64,000 bases of DNA, taken from NCBI GenBank assembly GCA_038063515.1, contig JBBTUY010000004.1, positions 35,717-99,716 on the forward strand, written 5' to 3'. The number at the start of each line of letters is the position of its first letter. The first letter of the stretch is position 1. The notes below the pieces were generated by a model, which was not told where the DNA came from, searched no databases, and saw only the letters and a list, made by a program, of their open reading frames with translations. Below, piece after piece: positions 44,415-54,330 of the stretch. A program made the translations under genes and the position numbers. Origin of the DNA: Patescibacteria group bacterium. GTDB taxonomy: Bacteria > Patescibacteriota > Minisyncoccia > Phycocordibacterales > UBA9973.

Positions 44415-45212
44415 TTAAATTTGAAAAAAGCTGAAAATATATAAGTCTAGTATGAAAACAAGAAATGATCCAAAAACCAAATACGGGGCAAAAGGTATCT
44501 CACTTCTCATTTTATACCTCTTAGATATTATAACAAGCACAATACCTATGATTGCCCCAGACCAAAATGCAATAGCAGTAGCAGAAAGTATCCTTGAGAA
44601 GCCGAGTAGCCACCCGAGCCCTACTGCAAGCTTTGCGTCACCTAGTCCCATCCATGTACCACGTGAGACGAGCCAAAGTAGTGCGAAAGGTAGTGACACA
44701 GCTACGCCAGCCATGAAATCAAAAAGTGTGGGTATGTGAAATACAAAATATCCATGAGCGTTAAAGAAAAACATACCAATAAAGGCAAAGGCTGCCAACA
44801 TTAAAGAAAGCTGGTCGGGAATTATTTTATGCTTTATATCGTAGGTAGAGATTACTAAAAGAATTGAAAACATAAAAGCATAATACGTAAACACAAAAAT
44901 AAAATTAAAAACATCTATAAATAAGATGTCCTGAAATTTAATAAAAAGTGATACGAAAATAAGACCACTGGTGAGCTCTACGAGTGGATACTGTATAGAT
45001 ATCTTTGTCTTACAAATTTTACATCTCCCCATAAGCGCAAAGAAGCTAAATACTGGAATGAGCTCATACCATGAGAGCTTGTTCTGGCAGGTCATGCAGG
45101 CACTCCTGCCTCCAAGGGACTTCTTTGTATTTATCCTATATATGACAACATTTAAAAAACTCCCAATTATAACACCGAGACAGAAAAAGAAAATCATATA
45201 AGGCAAAATCAT
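44415..45212 (-). CDS. pilD: Prepilin peptidase
   Basis: GSFLNVVIYR, CMTC/CKIC, YDIKH, GLGDAKL, IPFAPY; start at ATG 45212. Confidence 0.93.
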   Translation of the reverse strand: MILPYMIFFFCLGVIIGSFLNVVIYRINTKKSLGGRSACMTCQNKLSWYELIPVFSFFALMGRCKICKTKISIQYPLVELTSGLIFVSLFIKFQDILFIDVFNFIFVFTYYAFMFSILLVISTYDIKHKIIPDQLSLMLAAFAFIGMFFFNAHGYFVFHIPTLFDFMAGVAVSLPFALLWLVSRGTWMGLGDAKLAVGLGWLLGFSRILSATAIAFWSGAIIGIVLVIISKRYKMRSEIPFAPYLVFGSFLVFILDLYIFSFFQI

Positions 45213-45247
45213 ATATATAATTGTACCATAAATATAAAACTGAATAA

Positions 45248-45284
45248 ACAAAAAAAAGCCACCCTTGAGGTGGCTTTTTTTTGT
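45248..45284. terminator. Intrinsic terminator after the pilin gene
   Basis: A8-GCCACC-cttga-GGTGGC-T8. Confidence 0.8.
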
Positions 45285-45296
45285 AAGAATTAAATT

Positions 45297-45833
45297 TTAA
45301 TCGCAACGATAACCACCTACTGCAGTAGCATTAGAAAATGCTGCAGTAAAGTTAACTAAAGTTGTTGGTGATGTACCAGTAAATGTTCTCTTTGTACCTT
45401 TGTTATCATTACAAAATGCCCCAGTAGAAGTTGATGCGGCAAAGAACCAAGTACCTGAAGTATTTGGATCAGCACCATTCCATCCGTAGTAAACATAAGT
45501 AGGTCCTGGTAAAGTAGAGGCTAGTGCGTACAAACTATTTAAAGAACTAGTTGTAGCGTTAAATAATGTTCCACTCGCAGCAGTACCAGCAGGCAATGCA
45601 CCAGTTATACCAGAACTGACCTGATATGCTGTTGGGGTTACATATGCAGTACCAGTCGTACCTGAAAACAAAAATCCTTGAGAAGTCATCTGGCTCAACT
45701 GGGAGACTATTTTTGCATCTCGGCTCTTACCTCTTGCAGAACCAAGGTAAGCAAGAACAACTGTTGCCAAGATAGCGATAATAGCTATGACTATCATAAG
45801 CTCGATCAAAGTGAAACCTTTTTTAGAATTCAT
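45297..45833 (-). CDS. Type IV pilin
   Basis: KG-FTLIELMIVIAIIAILA; C-terminal Cys pair. Confidence 0.92.
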   Translation of the reverse strand: MNSKKGFTLIELMIVIAIIAILATVVLAYLGSARGKSRDAKIVSQLSQMTSQGFLFSGTTGTAYVTPTAYQVSSGITGALPAGTAASGTLFNATTSSLNSLYALASTLPGPTYVYYGWNGADPNTSGTWFFAASTSTGAFCNDNKGTKRTFTGTSPTTLVNFTAAFSNATAVGGYRCD

Positions 45834-45905
45834 ATTAAATATAATTTAAATTAATAATACAAGCAGTACAATATATAGATTATAACACATAACACCATAT
45901 AAAAA

Positions 45906-45940
45906 CAAAAATACCCTGTGTTTTCCACAAGGTATTTTTG
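45906..45940. terminator. Terminator-like hairpin between the pilin genes
   Basis: CAAAAATACC..GGTATTTTTG inverted repeat. Confidence 0.6.
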
Positions 45941-45976
45941 TAATATTTTTTTAAATATTAATGAATCTAAAATAAT

Positions 45977-46456
45977 CTAGCTTGCAGCAGAGTTGTTGCA
46001 GATAACATTAGTACTAGAAGGACCTGCAGTTATGTCAGTCATACCTAAAGTACTTACACCTGCATACCCCGTACTATCTACACAGAAAAATGTACCGGTA
46101 GGTAGAGTAATCATAGCACCCCAAGCAGAAGGAGCTACACCAACAGCAGTATTTTGTCCACAACCAACTGTGTTTGGAGAAGCTGAAGCATTAGCAGCAT
46201 TCTTAAGAGCAAGTAAACTACCAGTAGTAGTAACAGCAGCGTTACAAAGATCTACGGCATATGTACCAGCAGCACCCACTCCAAGCTCAGCTTGTGCACG
46301 CATTGAAGACATACTTGCTTGAACAGAAGCGTCTTTACCTTTGTTTCTTGCAGTGTTAAGAGAAGCCAAAACAACTGAAGCTAAGATACCTATGATAGCA
46401 ACAACAACCAAGAGCTCGATCAAAGTGAAACCTTTTTTGAAATTCATTTTTTTCAT
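45977..46456 (-). CDS. Type IV major pilin candidate
   Basis: KG-FTLIELLVVVAIIGILAS; FCVDSTG; own promoter and terminator; start ATG 46456. Confidence 0.92.
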   Translation of the reverse strand: MKKMNFKKGFTLIELLVVVAIIGILASVVLASLNTARNKGKDASVQASMSSMRAQAELGVGAAGTYAVDLCNAAVTTTGSLLALKNAANASASPNTVGCGQNTAVGVAPSAWGAMITLPTGTFFCVDSTGYAGVSTLGMTDITAGPSSTNVICNNSAAS

Positions 46457-46613
46457 AATATTTTTAAAACTAATAATAATTGATAATTCGACTCCCACCC
46501 AAACGATTATAGCCAGGCAGGTATATTTTTATATAAAGTAATTATATCATATGTAAAAACAAAAATACGCAAACAAGTTATCCACAGCAATACTGTCTAA
46601 TCAGTATATAATC

Positions 46614-47822
46614 TTAACTGATACCTCCAGCTAGGTTATATATAGGTATAAGTATAGAAGTAAGTAATATACCGACACCGAGACCAAGTACCACTATCAT
46701 CACAGGCTCTATGAGCCCGACGAGAGTGTCTACTGCGTCGTCCACCTCACGTGCATAAAAAGTAGCCAGTGTCTTTAAGATAGACCCGAGTGAGCCTGTC
46801 TCCTCTCCCACCTTTATCATTTGGACCATGATTCCTGGTATTTCTACTTTATATTTTTCAAATGCAGCAGATAATGAAGAGCCGGATTTAACCTTTTCCA
46901 TAATTTCTTCTAATATCTTTTTATACACACGACTTCCCACAACACTCGAAGTAACGTCAATAGACCTCAGTATTGGCACACCTGAGGAAAGAGTTGTGTT
47001 TAAATTGTCTGCGATTCTAGAAAGGTAGAGTGTTCGGTATAAGTTACCTACAACTGGCAGAGATAGTCGTGTATGGTCGAGATATGTCTTACCTGTCTCA
47101 GTAGAAGCAAGTCTCCAAACCCAAATACCTAAAAATACTAAGAAAATAATACCGAGGAAGCCATAATTAACAAATAAATCAGAAATTCCTATGATCACCT
47201 TTGTATATATTGGTACTTCCTGACCTGAATCTAGAATAATCTCTGAAAGTCTTGGGATAACAATAACGAACATAAGGATCATGACAACAAAGAAAGTAAT
47301 GATGACGAATACAGGGTAAATAAGAGCATTTCTGGTTTTAGAAGACAGAGAGTACTGACGATCTAAGTATTCAGACAAATGTAAAAATACTTCAGTTAGC
47401 TTTCCTGTCTCTTCCCCCACCTTTACCATGTTTACATAAAAGTCTGAAAAAACTTCCGGATGACGTGCAAGCGCACCTGATATAGACACACCAGCCTGAA
47501 GATCGTCGCTGATTTGAGTAAGCTTAACTCCTAAAAGCTTATTTTCAGTATTTACTGCGAGCATGTTAAAACATTTAAGAGCGGAGACTTGGGCATCAAA
47601 CAAAGTAGAGATTTGTCTAGACAATATGACCACATCTTTGTTTGAAACTTTGTTGAAAATAGAAAGATTGAGGAATTTCCTTGGTTCATCTGTATTTTTT
47701 ATAGAAATAATTACAAGACCACGCTTTTGTAGTCCGCTTATCGCCATGTCTCTACTCGGAGCGTCTATGTCTCCTTCTTTGCTTACACCCTTGTCATCTA
47801 TTGCTTTATATTTGAATAGCAT
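46614..47822 (-). CDS. pilC: Type IV pilus platform protein (PilC/GspF)
   Basis: MVKVGEETGKL, ALIYP, VGEETGSL, LIEP. Confidence 0.93.
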   Translation of the reverse strand: MLFKYKAIDDKGVSKEGDIDAPSRDMAISGLQKRGLVIISIKNTDEPRKFLNLSIFNKVSNKDVVILSRQISTLFDAQVSALKCFNMLAVNTENKLLGVKLTQISDDLQAGVSISGALARHPEVFSDFYVNMVKVGEETGKLTEVFLHLSEYLDRQYSLSSKTRNALIYPVFVIITFFVVMILMFVIVIPRLSEIILDSGQEVPIYTKVIIGISDLFVNYGFLGIIFLVFLGIWVWRLASTETGKTYLDHTRLSLPVVGNLYRTLYLSRIADNLNTTLSSGVPILRSIDVTSSVVGSRVYKKILEEIMEKVKSGSSLSAAFEKYKVEIPGIMVQMIKVGEETGSLGSILKTLATFYAREVDDAVDTLVGLIEPVMIVVLGLGVGILLTSILIPIYNLAGGIS

Positions 47823-47829
47823 ATATGTA

Positions 47830-48888
47830 TTAAATCATACGATCTAGGCCTTTTGGATTTAGAGAATACTGTCTCGCATTCTCTATAGAAATCTCCCCTG
47901 CACGAACAAGCTCTACTAGTGAGTGGTTTAAGTCCACCATCCCAGATTCAGAACCTGTTTCTATTACTACGTCTATCTCATGTGTTCTTTTTTCACGAAT
48001 AAGGTTTGACACAGCATTGTTATTTAAAAGAAGTTCGTATGCAGGTATGAGTCCCCCGTTAATGCGAGGTACAAGTCTCTGAGAAAATATCCCGAGTAAT
48101 CCAGAAGCAAGCTGAGAACGAATCTGGTCTTGCTGGTTGCCTGGGAATGAATCTATGATTCTGTCTATTGTCTGTGAAGCATTGTTTGTGTGTAAAGTAG
48201 AAAGTACGAGGTGGCCTGTCTCAGCGGCCGTTACAGCTGTAGCTATGGTCTCTGGCGTACGCATCTCACCTATCAAGATGACATTTACATCTTCACGAAA
48301 GACGGACTTCAGTGCAACATGGAAATCTTTGGTATCTATACCTACTTCGCGTTGATTAATTATTGATTTATTTGGAACATATACATGCTCAATAGGGTCC
48401 TCAATGGTGATGATATTGCGTGCTTGTTCGTTGTTTATTAGGTCTACCATTGCGGAAAGCGTAGTAGACTTACCTTGACCTACAGGTCCAACCACTAAGA
48501 AAAATCCCTGCTTTTTCCTTGCAATATCCGCCAAACTGTCAGGCAAATGTAAATCAGAAAATGTTTTAACCTTTGGCACTAAACGCAAGACAATATTTAT
48601 CAAACCTTTTTGAAAAAAAGCGTTACCACGAAGTCGCGCTTCTCCACGGAAATCATAAGAGAAATCCATTTCTTGATTTTCAAGAAAAAGATCGACCTTA
48701 CCAGGGGGTAATATTGCTTTTAATATTCCCATTATATCTTCTTCGGTGAGAGGTGCGTGTTTAACAAGAAATATTAACTCTCCGGAAACACGAATAGCCG
48801 GCACACGAGTCGTACCTATGTGCAAGTCAGATCCATCTTCACGGATGACATTTAAAACGAGATCTTCAAATAATTTTTTATAGTCCAT
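47830..48888 (-). CDS. pilT: Pilus retraction ATPase
   Basis: SDLHI, GPVGQGKSTT, TIEDPIE, GEMR, AAETGHLVLSTLHTN. Confidence 0.93.
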   Translation of the reverse strand: MDYKKLFEDLVLNVIREDGSDLHIGTTRVPAIRVSGELIFLVKHAPLTEEDIMGILKAILPPGKVDLFLENQEMDFSYDFRGEARLRGNAFFQKGLINIVLRLVPKVKTFSDLHLPDSLADIARKKQGFFLVVGPVGQGKSTTLSAMVDLINNEQARNIITIEDPIEHVYVPNKSIINQREVGIDTKDFHVALKSVFREDVNVILIGEMRTPETIATAVTAAETGHLVLSTLHTNNASQTIDRIIDSFPGNQQDQIRSQLASGLLGIFSQRLVPRINGGLIPAYELLLNNNAVSNLIREKRTHEIDVVIETGSESGMVDLNHSLVELVRAGEISIENARQYSLNPKGLDRMI

Positions 48889-48963
48889 TCGTTACTAAAA
48901 TTTATATTTATAATATATATTATTGTACCATGTAATAAAAGTTAGGAGAATAGCTCTATATTT

Positions 48964-49368
48964 TTATGTATTTGAAATAGCTATTTTCTTTGAAGTTATC
49001 TCCCCAACTTGTTCTAAAACTTCTTTTGGAGTACAGTTTGCTTTTATTATATATCCAGCGACGCCGAGAGCATTGCCTTGGTCGATGTCTGCCTGCTCGC
49101 TCTTGTTAGATAAAACTATTTTTATAGAATTTGGTGATAAGTTTTCAGCATTTATGCGTCCGAGCATTTCGAAACCATCAACTTCTGGCATAATAATATC
49201 CGTTAACAAAACATCTGGCTGTAAGCCACCCTTTATCTTACTCAAGGCATCTTCGGCTCCTGAAGACGTATGCACTTCATAATTGCTCTGACTAAACTTT
49301 AAAGCATACATATCTAAAAGAAAATTATCATCATCAACTATTAAAATTTTCTTCTTTTCTCCTTCCAT
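48964..49368 (-). CDS. Single-domain response regulator (receiver only)
   Basis: ILIVDDD, TDIIMPEVDG, YIIK. Confidence 0.9.
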   Translation of the reverse strand: MEGEKKKILIVDDDNFLLDMYALKFSQSNYEVHTSSGAEDALSKIKGGLQPDVLLTDIIMPEVDGFEMLGRINAENLSPNSIKIVLSNKSEQADIDQGNALGVAGYIIKANCTPKEVLEQVGEITSKKIAISNT

Positions 49369-49532
49369 AATATTTAAATTAAAATAATAATCTCAAAAAA
49401 AATACTTTTTATGGGAAACCTAGGGTTTATGATCTTTGTACACCTAGATTTTATTATAACACACAATGTTTTTTACTTAGACATGCTGTGTATAACTACA
49501 TAAAACTAGAGTAAATCGACAATTTAGACAAA

Positions 49533-51278
49533 TTACTCAGTAGCATCACTGAAATTATACACTTCCTTAAATGGAATGATACCGTTTACTGCTTTCAGCA
49601 TGGCATCTTCCCTCATCATAAGCATGCCCTTCTGGCGGACAGCTTTGTAAATTTCAGCCTCTATTGGATTTTTCAAAATTATACTTTGAACTTCTTTGTC
49701 TACTTTAAACATTTCAAATACCGCAACACGACCCCTCGTACCTGAAGGACATTCCGAAGACGGCACAGTGTCGTACATTTTACCATCCTCCCCTATTACT
49801 TTTTTGAACTGATCGGGTAAGTCTTTTAATTCTTCGTCTATTTGATTCTTAATCACAGGATCTATGGGTACTAATTTTCTTGATGATTCACATGTCATGA
49901 GAGCTAAACGCTGAGCCATAGATAAAATGAGGGTAGGAGCAATGAGGTAAGGGTCGACACCCATGTCTATAAGACGAGGAATGGCACCTATGGCATTGTT
50001 GGTATGCAAAGTAGAAAGAACTAAGTGCCCTGTAAGGGCCGCTTGAATGGCAAGCTGAGCTGTCTCCTTGTCACGTATTTCTCCTACCATTATTATATCT
50101 GGGTCCTGACGCATAATAGAGCGAAGACCATTTGCAAAAGTATACCCAATCTCAGGCATGACCTGTGACTGGCTTACATTTGGCATGTGGTACTCCACAG
50201 GGTCTTCGAGTGAAATAATATTATTTTTTTCTTTGTCTAATTCGTTCATCATAGAGTACAAAGTCGTAGACTTTCCAGAGCCAGTAGGTCCAGTGATGAG
50301 AATGATGCCGTAGGGTCGTGTTAATGCTTCTTTAACCATTTTCAAATTTTCAGGAGAGAGGTGTAGCTGATCGAGAGGCTTTACCCCCTTTTCAGAGTCA
50401 AGTATACGAATAACAACTTTTTCACCATAATACGCAGGCATAGTGGAGACACGAAAATCTATCTTGTGACCATCAATATTTGCACTAAAAGATCCGTCTT
50501 GAGGTTTTCTTTTTTCATCGAGTCTTAATTTTGCTAAAATTTTAATACGAGCTACGACTCCACTGTATACATTGAGTGGAAGGACTATGGAAGTATACAA
50601 AGCTCCGTCTACACGAAAACGAACTTTCACTTTTTCTCCAGTATGCTCTATGTGTATGTCAGAGGCATTACCTTCTATGGCGTTACGAAGCACAACTGCT
50701 ACTATTTTTATCACGGGAGCATCCTCCACTATCTTTGCCTCTTCATTTGGTTTAGTATTTTTTAATGTATCACTCAAATTTTCGTCTACTAAAGATTGCT
50801 CTTTAGCTTCGTCTTTGTTTAATATATCTAGGGCTTCTTCTACTTGAGTCGTTAAGCCTCTGTATATACCCATAGTGCGTTCATAGTCTCCTTTAGATAT
50901 GAGAAAAACCTTAAAAGGTACTCCTGCCTTGTTGGAAATAAACTGGAGTGCATCCATTGCTTGTATGTTTTCTGGATCAGTGACACCTACGTGAAGAACT
51001 CCATCTTTGAGGTCTATCGGGACAAAATTATAATGTGTAGCTGAATCCTCAGAAATATATTTAAGTGGATCAAATGTCAGCTCTTTTTCAGTAACTTTTA
51101 CAGCTGGTATACCTAAATACTCCCCCCTTAGTGAGAGAAGTTCTTGTTCTCCTATACCAGACTCTAGTAAAGCTTCATTAATATCTCCACTGTATTTCTC
51201 AACAGCACGAGCTTTGATCTCGCTTATCTGGTCTTCTTTTATTAGATTTTTTTCAACTAATGATTGTAGAAAACTCAT
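49533..51278 (-). CDS. pilB: Pilus assembly ATPase (PilB/GspE)
   Basis: ASDIHIE, RFRVDG, PQDG, GPTGSGKSTT, RQDPDIIMVGEIRD, TGHLVLSTLHTN. Confidence 0.95.
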   Translation of the reverse strand: MSFLQSLVEKNLIKEDQISEIKARAVEKYSGDINEALLESGIGEQELLSLRGEYLGIPAVKVTEKELTFDPLKYISEDSATHYNFVPIDLKDGVLHVGVTDPENIQAMDALQFISNKAGVPFKVFLISKGDYERTMGIYRGLTTQVEEALDILNKDEAKEQSLVDENLSDTLKNTKPNEEAKIVEDAPVIKIVAVVLRNAIEGNASDIHIEHTGEKVKVRFRVDGALYTSIVLPLNVYSGVVARIKILAKLRLDEKRKPQDGSFSANIDGHKIDFRVSTMPAYYGEKVVIRILDSEKGVKPLDQLHLSPENLKMVKEALTRPYGIILITGPTGSGKSTTLYSMMNELDKEKNNIISLEDPVEYHMPNVSQSQVMPEIGYTFANGLRSIMRQDPDIIMVGEIRDKETAQLAIQAALTGHLVLSTLHTNNAIGAIPRLIDMGVDPYLIAPTLILSMAQRLALMTCESSRKLVPIDPVIKNQIDEELKDLPDQFKKVIGEDGKMYDTVPSSECPSGTRGRVAVFEMFKVDKEVQSIILKNPIEAEIYKAVRQKGMLMMREDAMLKAVNGIIPFKEVYNFSDATE

Positions 51279-51373
51279 CCCGTTAGAAATTTATATTTTA
51301 ATTATTAATACATAATATATTATACCTCATTTTAATCTTTTCGTTATTTCTAACGGAATTCATACAGAGGTAA

Positions 51374-51787
51374 TTAGTTTGTGGGATTGGTATTGTTTTT
51401 AGGGAGAGACGAGTTTGGTTGTGTGTTTGTAGAAATATTTACAGATGTTGAAACTTTATCAGACCCAATAGGAGCAAAAGGGTTAGGTCTACCTTCTGTG
51501 CCGTCAGGATTAAGTATTATAGTAGAGTCACGTAGTGATGTGAAAGCTGGATTAGAAAATATAGTTGCATCTAATTTTATCCCTTCCACAGACAAGAGGA
51601 GCGTGAGGAATTCTTGAGTGATAGTAGAGTCAGCAACATTAGTATCCGTAGGAACAACGCTACCAGACGGAGACGTGGTTACAAGATTACCTGATTCCTC
51701 CGGACTTTTCTTAACAAAGAAAATAAATATGAGGAGAAAAATTCCTGCAATTGCTGTAAATATTAAAATGTTTTTTAATTTCTTCAT
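51374..51787 (-). CDS. Membrane-anchored pilus-associated protein (PilP position)
   Basis: N-terminal TM, GRPNPFAP motif, located between pilO and pilB. Confidence 0.6.
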   Translation of the reverse strand: MKKLKNILIFTAIAGIFLLIFIFFVKKSPEESGNLVTTSPSGSVVPTDTNVADSTITQEFLTLLLSVEGIKLDATIFSNPAFTSLRDSTIILNPDGTEGRPNPFAPIGSDKVSTSVNISTNTQPNSSLPKNNTNPTN

Positions 51788-51790
51788 ATT

Positions 51791-52387
51791 TTAATTCTTT
51801 AACCAATAAGTCTTGATTTTAAAATCATGTTTGTATGTTGGAGTACCGGACTTTAAATCTATCTCCGAAGAAAAAGTTATTGATGATACATCTACTATGC
51901 GTAGATTGCTTTCAAGGTCTCGTGTAAAGTTTAGGAAATTTTCATATGTGCCAACAATAGAAAAGCTCAAATCCCACACACCGTATTCAGTAGAAACACC
52001 TGGTCCTGTAGCTCCTCCTGGGACCACTGATCCAGATCCTGGGGCTGTTGTTGTAGGGGCTGTTTTGATAGCATCATATTTCACATCTCTAAGAACCATG
52101 CCGTATGGTGCTGCAATCTTTTCTATTTCAAGAATGAGTCTGATGTTGTCGATACTGTCTGGAAGAAGCTTTTGTAGTTTTGCGAGGTCTTCAGTATTTA
52201 AGGCATTGTACTCAGCGGTTAATTTATCTCTTTGGTTTTCGAGTGCTTTAGAATTCTTTAAGGCCTCGTCATAAGACGCGACCTGACCACGAAGTTCTAC
52301 TACGTTAGTATAGAGAGGATTAGTAAATGCAAAAAATCCTGCAACTGCTATTCCTAATAAAATGATTGGTAAGATAAATCTAAGCAT
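51791..52387 (-). CDS. pilO: Type IV pilus alignment protein PilO
   Basis: TM + coiled coil, LLPD, GTYENFLNFTRDLESNLRIVDV. Confidence 0.8.
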   Translation of the reverse strand: MLRFILPIILLGIAVAGFFAFTNPLYTNVVELRGQVASYDEALKNSKALENQRDKLTAEYNALNTEDLAKLQKLLPDSIDNIRLILEIEKIAAPYGMVLRDVKYDAIKTAPTTTAPGSGSVVPGGATGPGVSTEYGVWDLSFSIVGTYENFLNFTRDLESNLRIVDVSSITFSSEIDLKSGTPTYKHDFKIKTYWLKN

Positions 52388-52389
52388 AA

Positions 52390-53031
52390 TTATGGATTTA
52401 ATTGAGGTGGCAAAATCCCTTCTACTGCTTGCTCCCTCTTTAGGAGATTAAGCTTATAATCTACAAATGATGGATCAACTGAGAAATCTAAATCGAAAAT
52501 AATGTTACCAGTCTCACTGAGTGTAAGGTTTGAAAAAACAGGTTCAATAAAATTCTTGTTCTTGCCGAAAAGATCTGACTGAAGTGCAAGATGGCTATAT
52601 CCCAAAGAAACACCAGACATCTTAACATTTACTCTGTCACCCAGATTGCCTCCGTAGGTATAGCTAAATTTAGTAAAACGAACACTCTTCATTGTGATAA
52701 GCTGAAGCTCTTCAAATATAGGACTAATGGCTATATGCTTGGTGAGGACTTGGTTTGCTGCGTGGAGCCTTCTGTCTAAAAGCCTGAGGCCTTCTATCTT
52801 TGTAGGCTCGAAACGATTCTTTGCTAGAGATAGGTCAGATTCCATTTTTGCAATACTTTTCAATTGGACTCCTTTATAAAAATAAAATGCTCCTGTGGTG
52901 ATGGCGACAGTGAGAACTATGAGAATACAAATCACGGTCAAAAAACCGATCGGCTTCGTGTATGTAGCAGAAGTATTTTCTCTAACCAAAGGTTTTTTAG
53001 GTATGAAAGATGTTTGAAAATTTTGTTCCAT
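52390..53031 (-). CDS. Type IV pilus alignment protein, PilN-like
   Basis: SFIPK N-terminal motif, TM, coiled coil; located between pilM and pilO. Confidence 0.7.
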   Translation of the reverse strand: MEQNFQTSFIPKKPLVRENTSATYTKPIGFLTVICILIVLTVAITTGAFYFYKGVQLKSIAKMESDLSLAKNRFEPTKIEGLRLLDRRLHAANQVLTKHIAISPIFEELQLITMKSVRFTKFSYTYGGNLGDRVNVKMSGVSLGYSHLALQSDLFGKNKNFIEPVFSNLTLSETGNIIFDLDFSVDPSFVDYKLNLLKREQAVEGILPPQLNP

Positions 53032-53158
53032 TACTTTATATTGTATCTTTTATATTATATTACAAAAATATCTTTTAATGAAGCAAAGTGTGTATAACTT
53101 TATGCAAAGACAGAAAATAAATACAAGCTGGGAGTTTGGTAGATGAGAAAATAAAAAA

Positions 53159-53197
53159 GGCAGATAAGGGTATACACGTGTAACACCCTCATCTGCC
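53159..53197 (-). terminator. Hairpin with U-tail on the minus strand
   Basis: GGCAGATAAGGGT..ACCCTCATCTGCC preceded on + by AAAAAA. Confidence 0.55.
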
Positions 53198-53357
53198 CGA
53201 GCATTCAAATACAAGTATGCGGAATATTTTACTTATATTTGATATTTTTTTGCCAACAGGAAACTTAAAGCACTTTTGTCTAAAAAGTTGTAGTGTGAGA
53301 TTGAATAGTTGTGGAACATTTAGCGGACTTTTAGTGGTCCATAGAAAGGGGATAAAT

Positions 53358-53513
53358 ATGAGAGAAAAAGGTTTGGCACAAGCGTGCACCCTGACGTTAG
53401 GGCTTGGGTTTGTTTTGCTGTTTCTTTCCTGGGTGGCGGCTGGAGCAGGAAACGAGATAGGTGGTTACGTCGCCATCATCTTCTTCGCATTAAGGGTGGC
53501 CGGATTTTGGTAG
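53358..53513 (+). CDS. Small two-TM orphan protein (51 aa)
   Basis: GAAAGGGG SD before ATG 53358; two hydrophobic helices. Confidence 0.5.
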   Translation: MREKGLAQACTLTLGLGFVLLFLSWVAAGAGNEIGGYVAIIFFALRVAGFW

Positions 53514-53543
53514 GTCATCAAAGCCACAAAAGTAAACTACCCC

Positions 53544-53570
53544 CACTAGCAAGAACGGTTCTTACTAGTG
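53544..53570. repeat. REP at the RAYT 3' end: CACTAGCAAGAA-CGG-TTCTTACTAGTG
   Basis: Hairpin overlapping the RAYT stop codon; near-identical to 54283-54313. Confidence 0.8.
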
Positions 53571-54257
53571 TTTGCTTTGATCTTCATCATTTTCAAAAGA
53601 AAGATAACTATCTATAAAATCTTCAAAATCATTGTCGTAAGAAAAATATTCCGGAAAAGCTTCTTTATTTAAAATATTACTTTCACATCTATCTATCCCT
53701 GTATAGTCAATGTAACTAGAATACTTATACTTTTTTAAAAAATCTTGCCAAGTATTTGGATTTTGTTTATCGATCAGTTCTTGCCATCCAGAAAATTGTA
53801 AATCCAATGGATTCAAAGCTATATATCCAAAGAGGTGTTTTAAATATATATCTTCAGGGATATGTTTTGATTTAAATAATCCTCCAAATAAAGATCCTGT
53901 TCTTTGATATTTTATATTAAAATACATTGAATAACCGACACCTAGTTTTCTCATAAATTTAGTAATTCCACCTTCAACCTCTTCTTTAAGAAGAATATGA
54001 AAATGATTCGGCATGAGACACCATGCACCAATAGACACAAGTGCATTACTCCTTTTGTAAGAAAATATTTCTTCATAACTTTTATGTAAAATATTTATAA
54101 GATTATCGAGCCTTATAGATTCATCGGAATTAGCCACATAAAGTAACATGATGAAACGATTGTAATCGTGAGTGGATTTAAAAATAACCCTCTTGTCTAT
54201 CCCCCTATTATAAATATGATAAAATTCTCCTGGAACAAAAATATCTTTTCTTAACAT
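53565..54257 (-). mobile_element. REP-associated tyrosine transposase (RAYT, HUH Y1 family)
   Basis: YHIYNRG, MPNHFH (HUH), YFNIKYQRTGSLF, YIALNP, YSSY; flanked by REP hairpins; start ATG 54257. Confidence 0.88.
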
Positions 54258-54282
54258 AAGAAAGAGTTTACCAAATTCGGGC

Positions 54283-54324
54283 TCCTCTAGCAAGAACGGT
54301 TCTTGCTAGAGGATTGCTAGAGGA
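54283..54324. repeat. REP at the RAYT 5' end: TCCTCTAGCAAGAA-CGG-TTCTTGCTAGAGGA plus duplicated half-arm TTGCTAGAGGA
   Basis: Perfect 14-bp stem followed by a tandem duplication of 11 bp. Confidence 0.8.
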
Positions 54325-54330
54325 AATATT

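Noticed and set aside
45921-45929. DnaA-box-like TTTTCCACA
   Set aside because: It is part of the terminator hairpin between the pilin genes.
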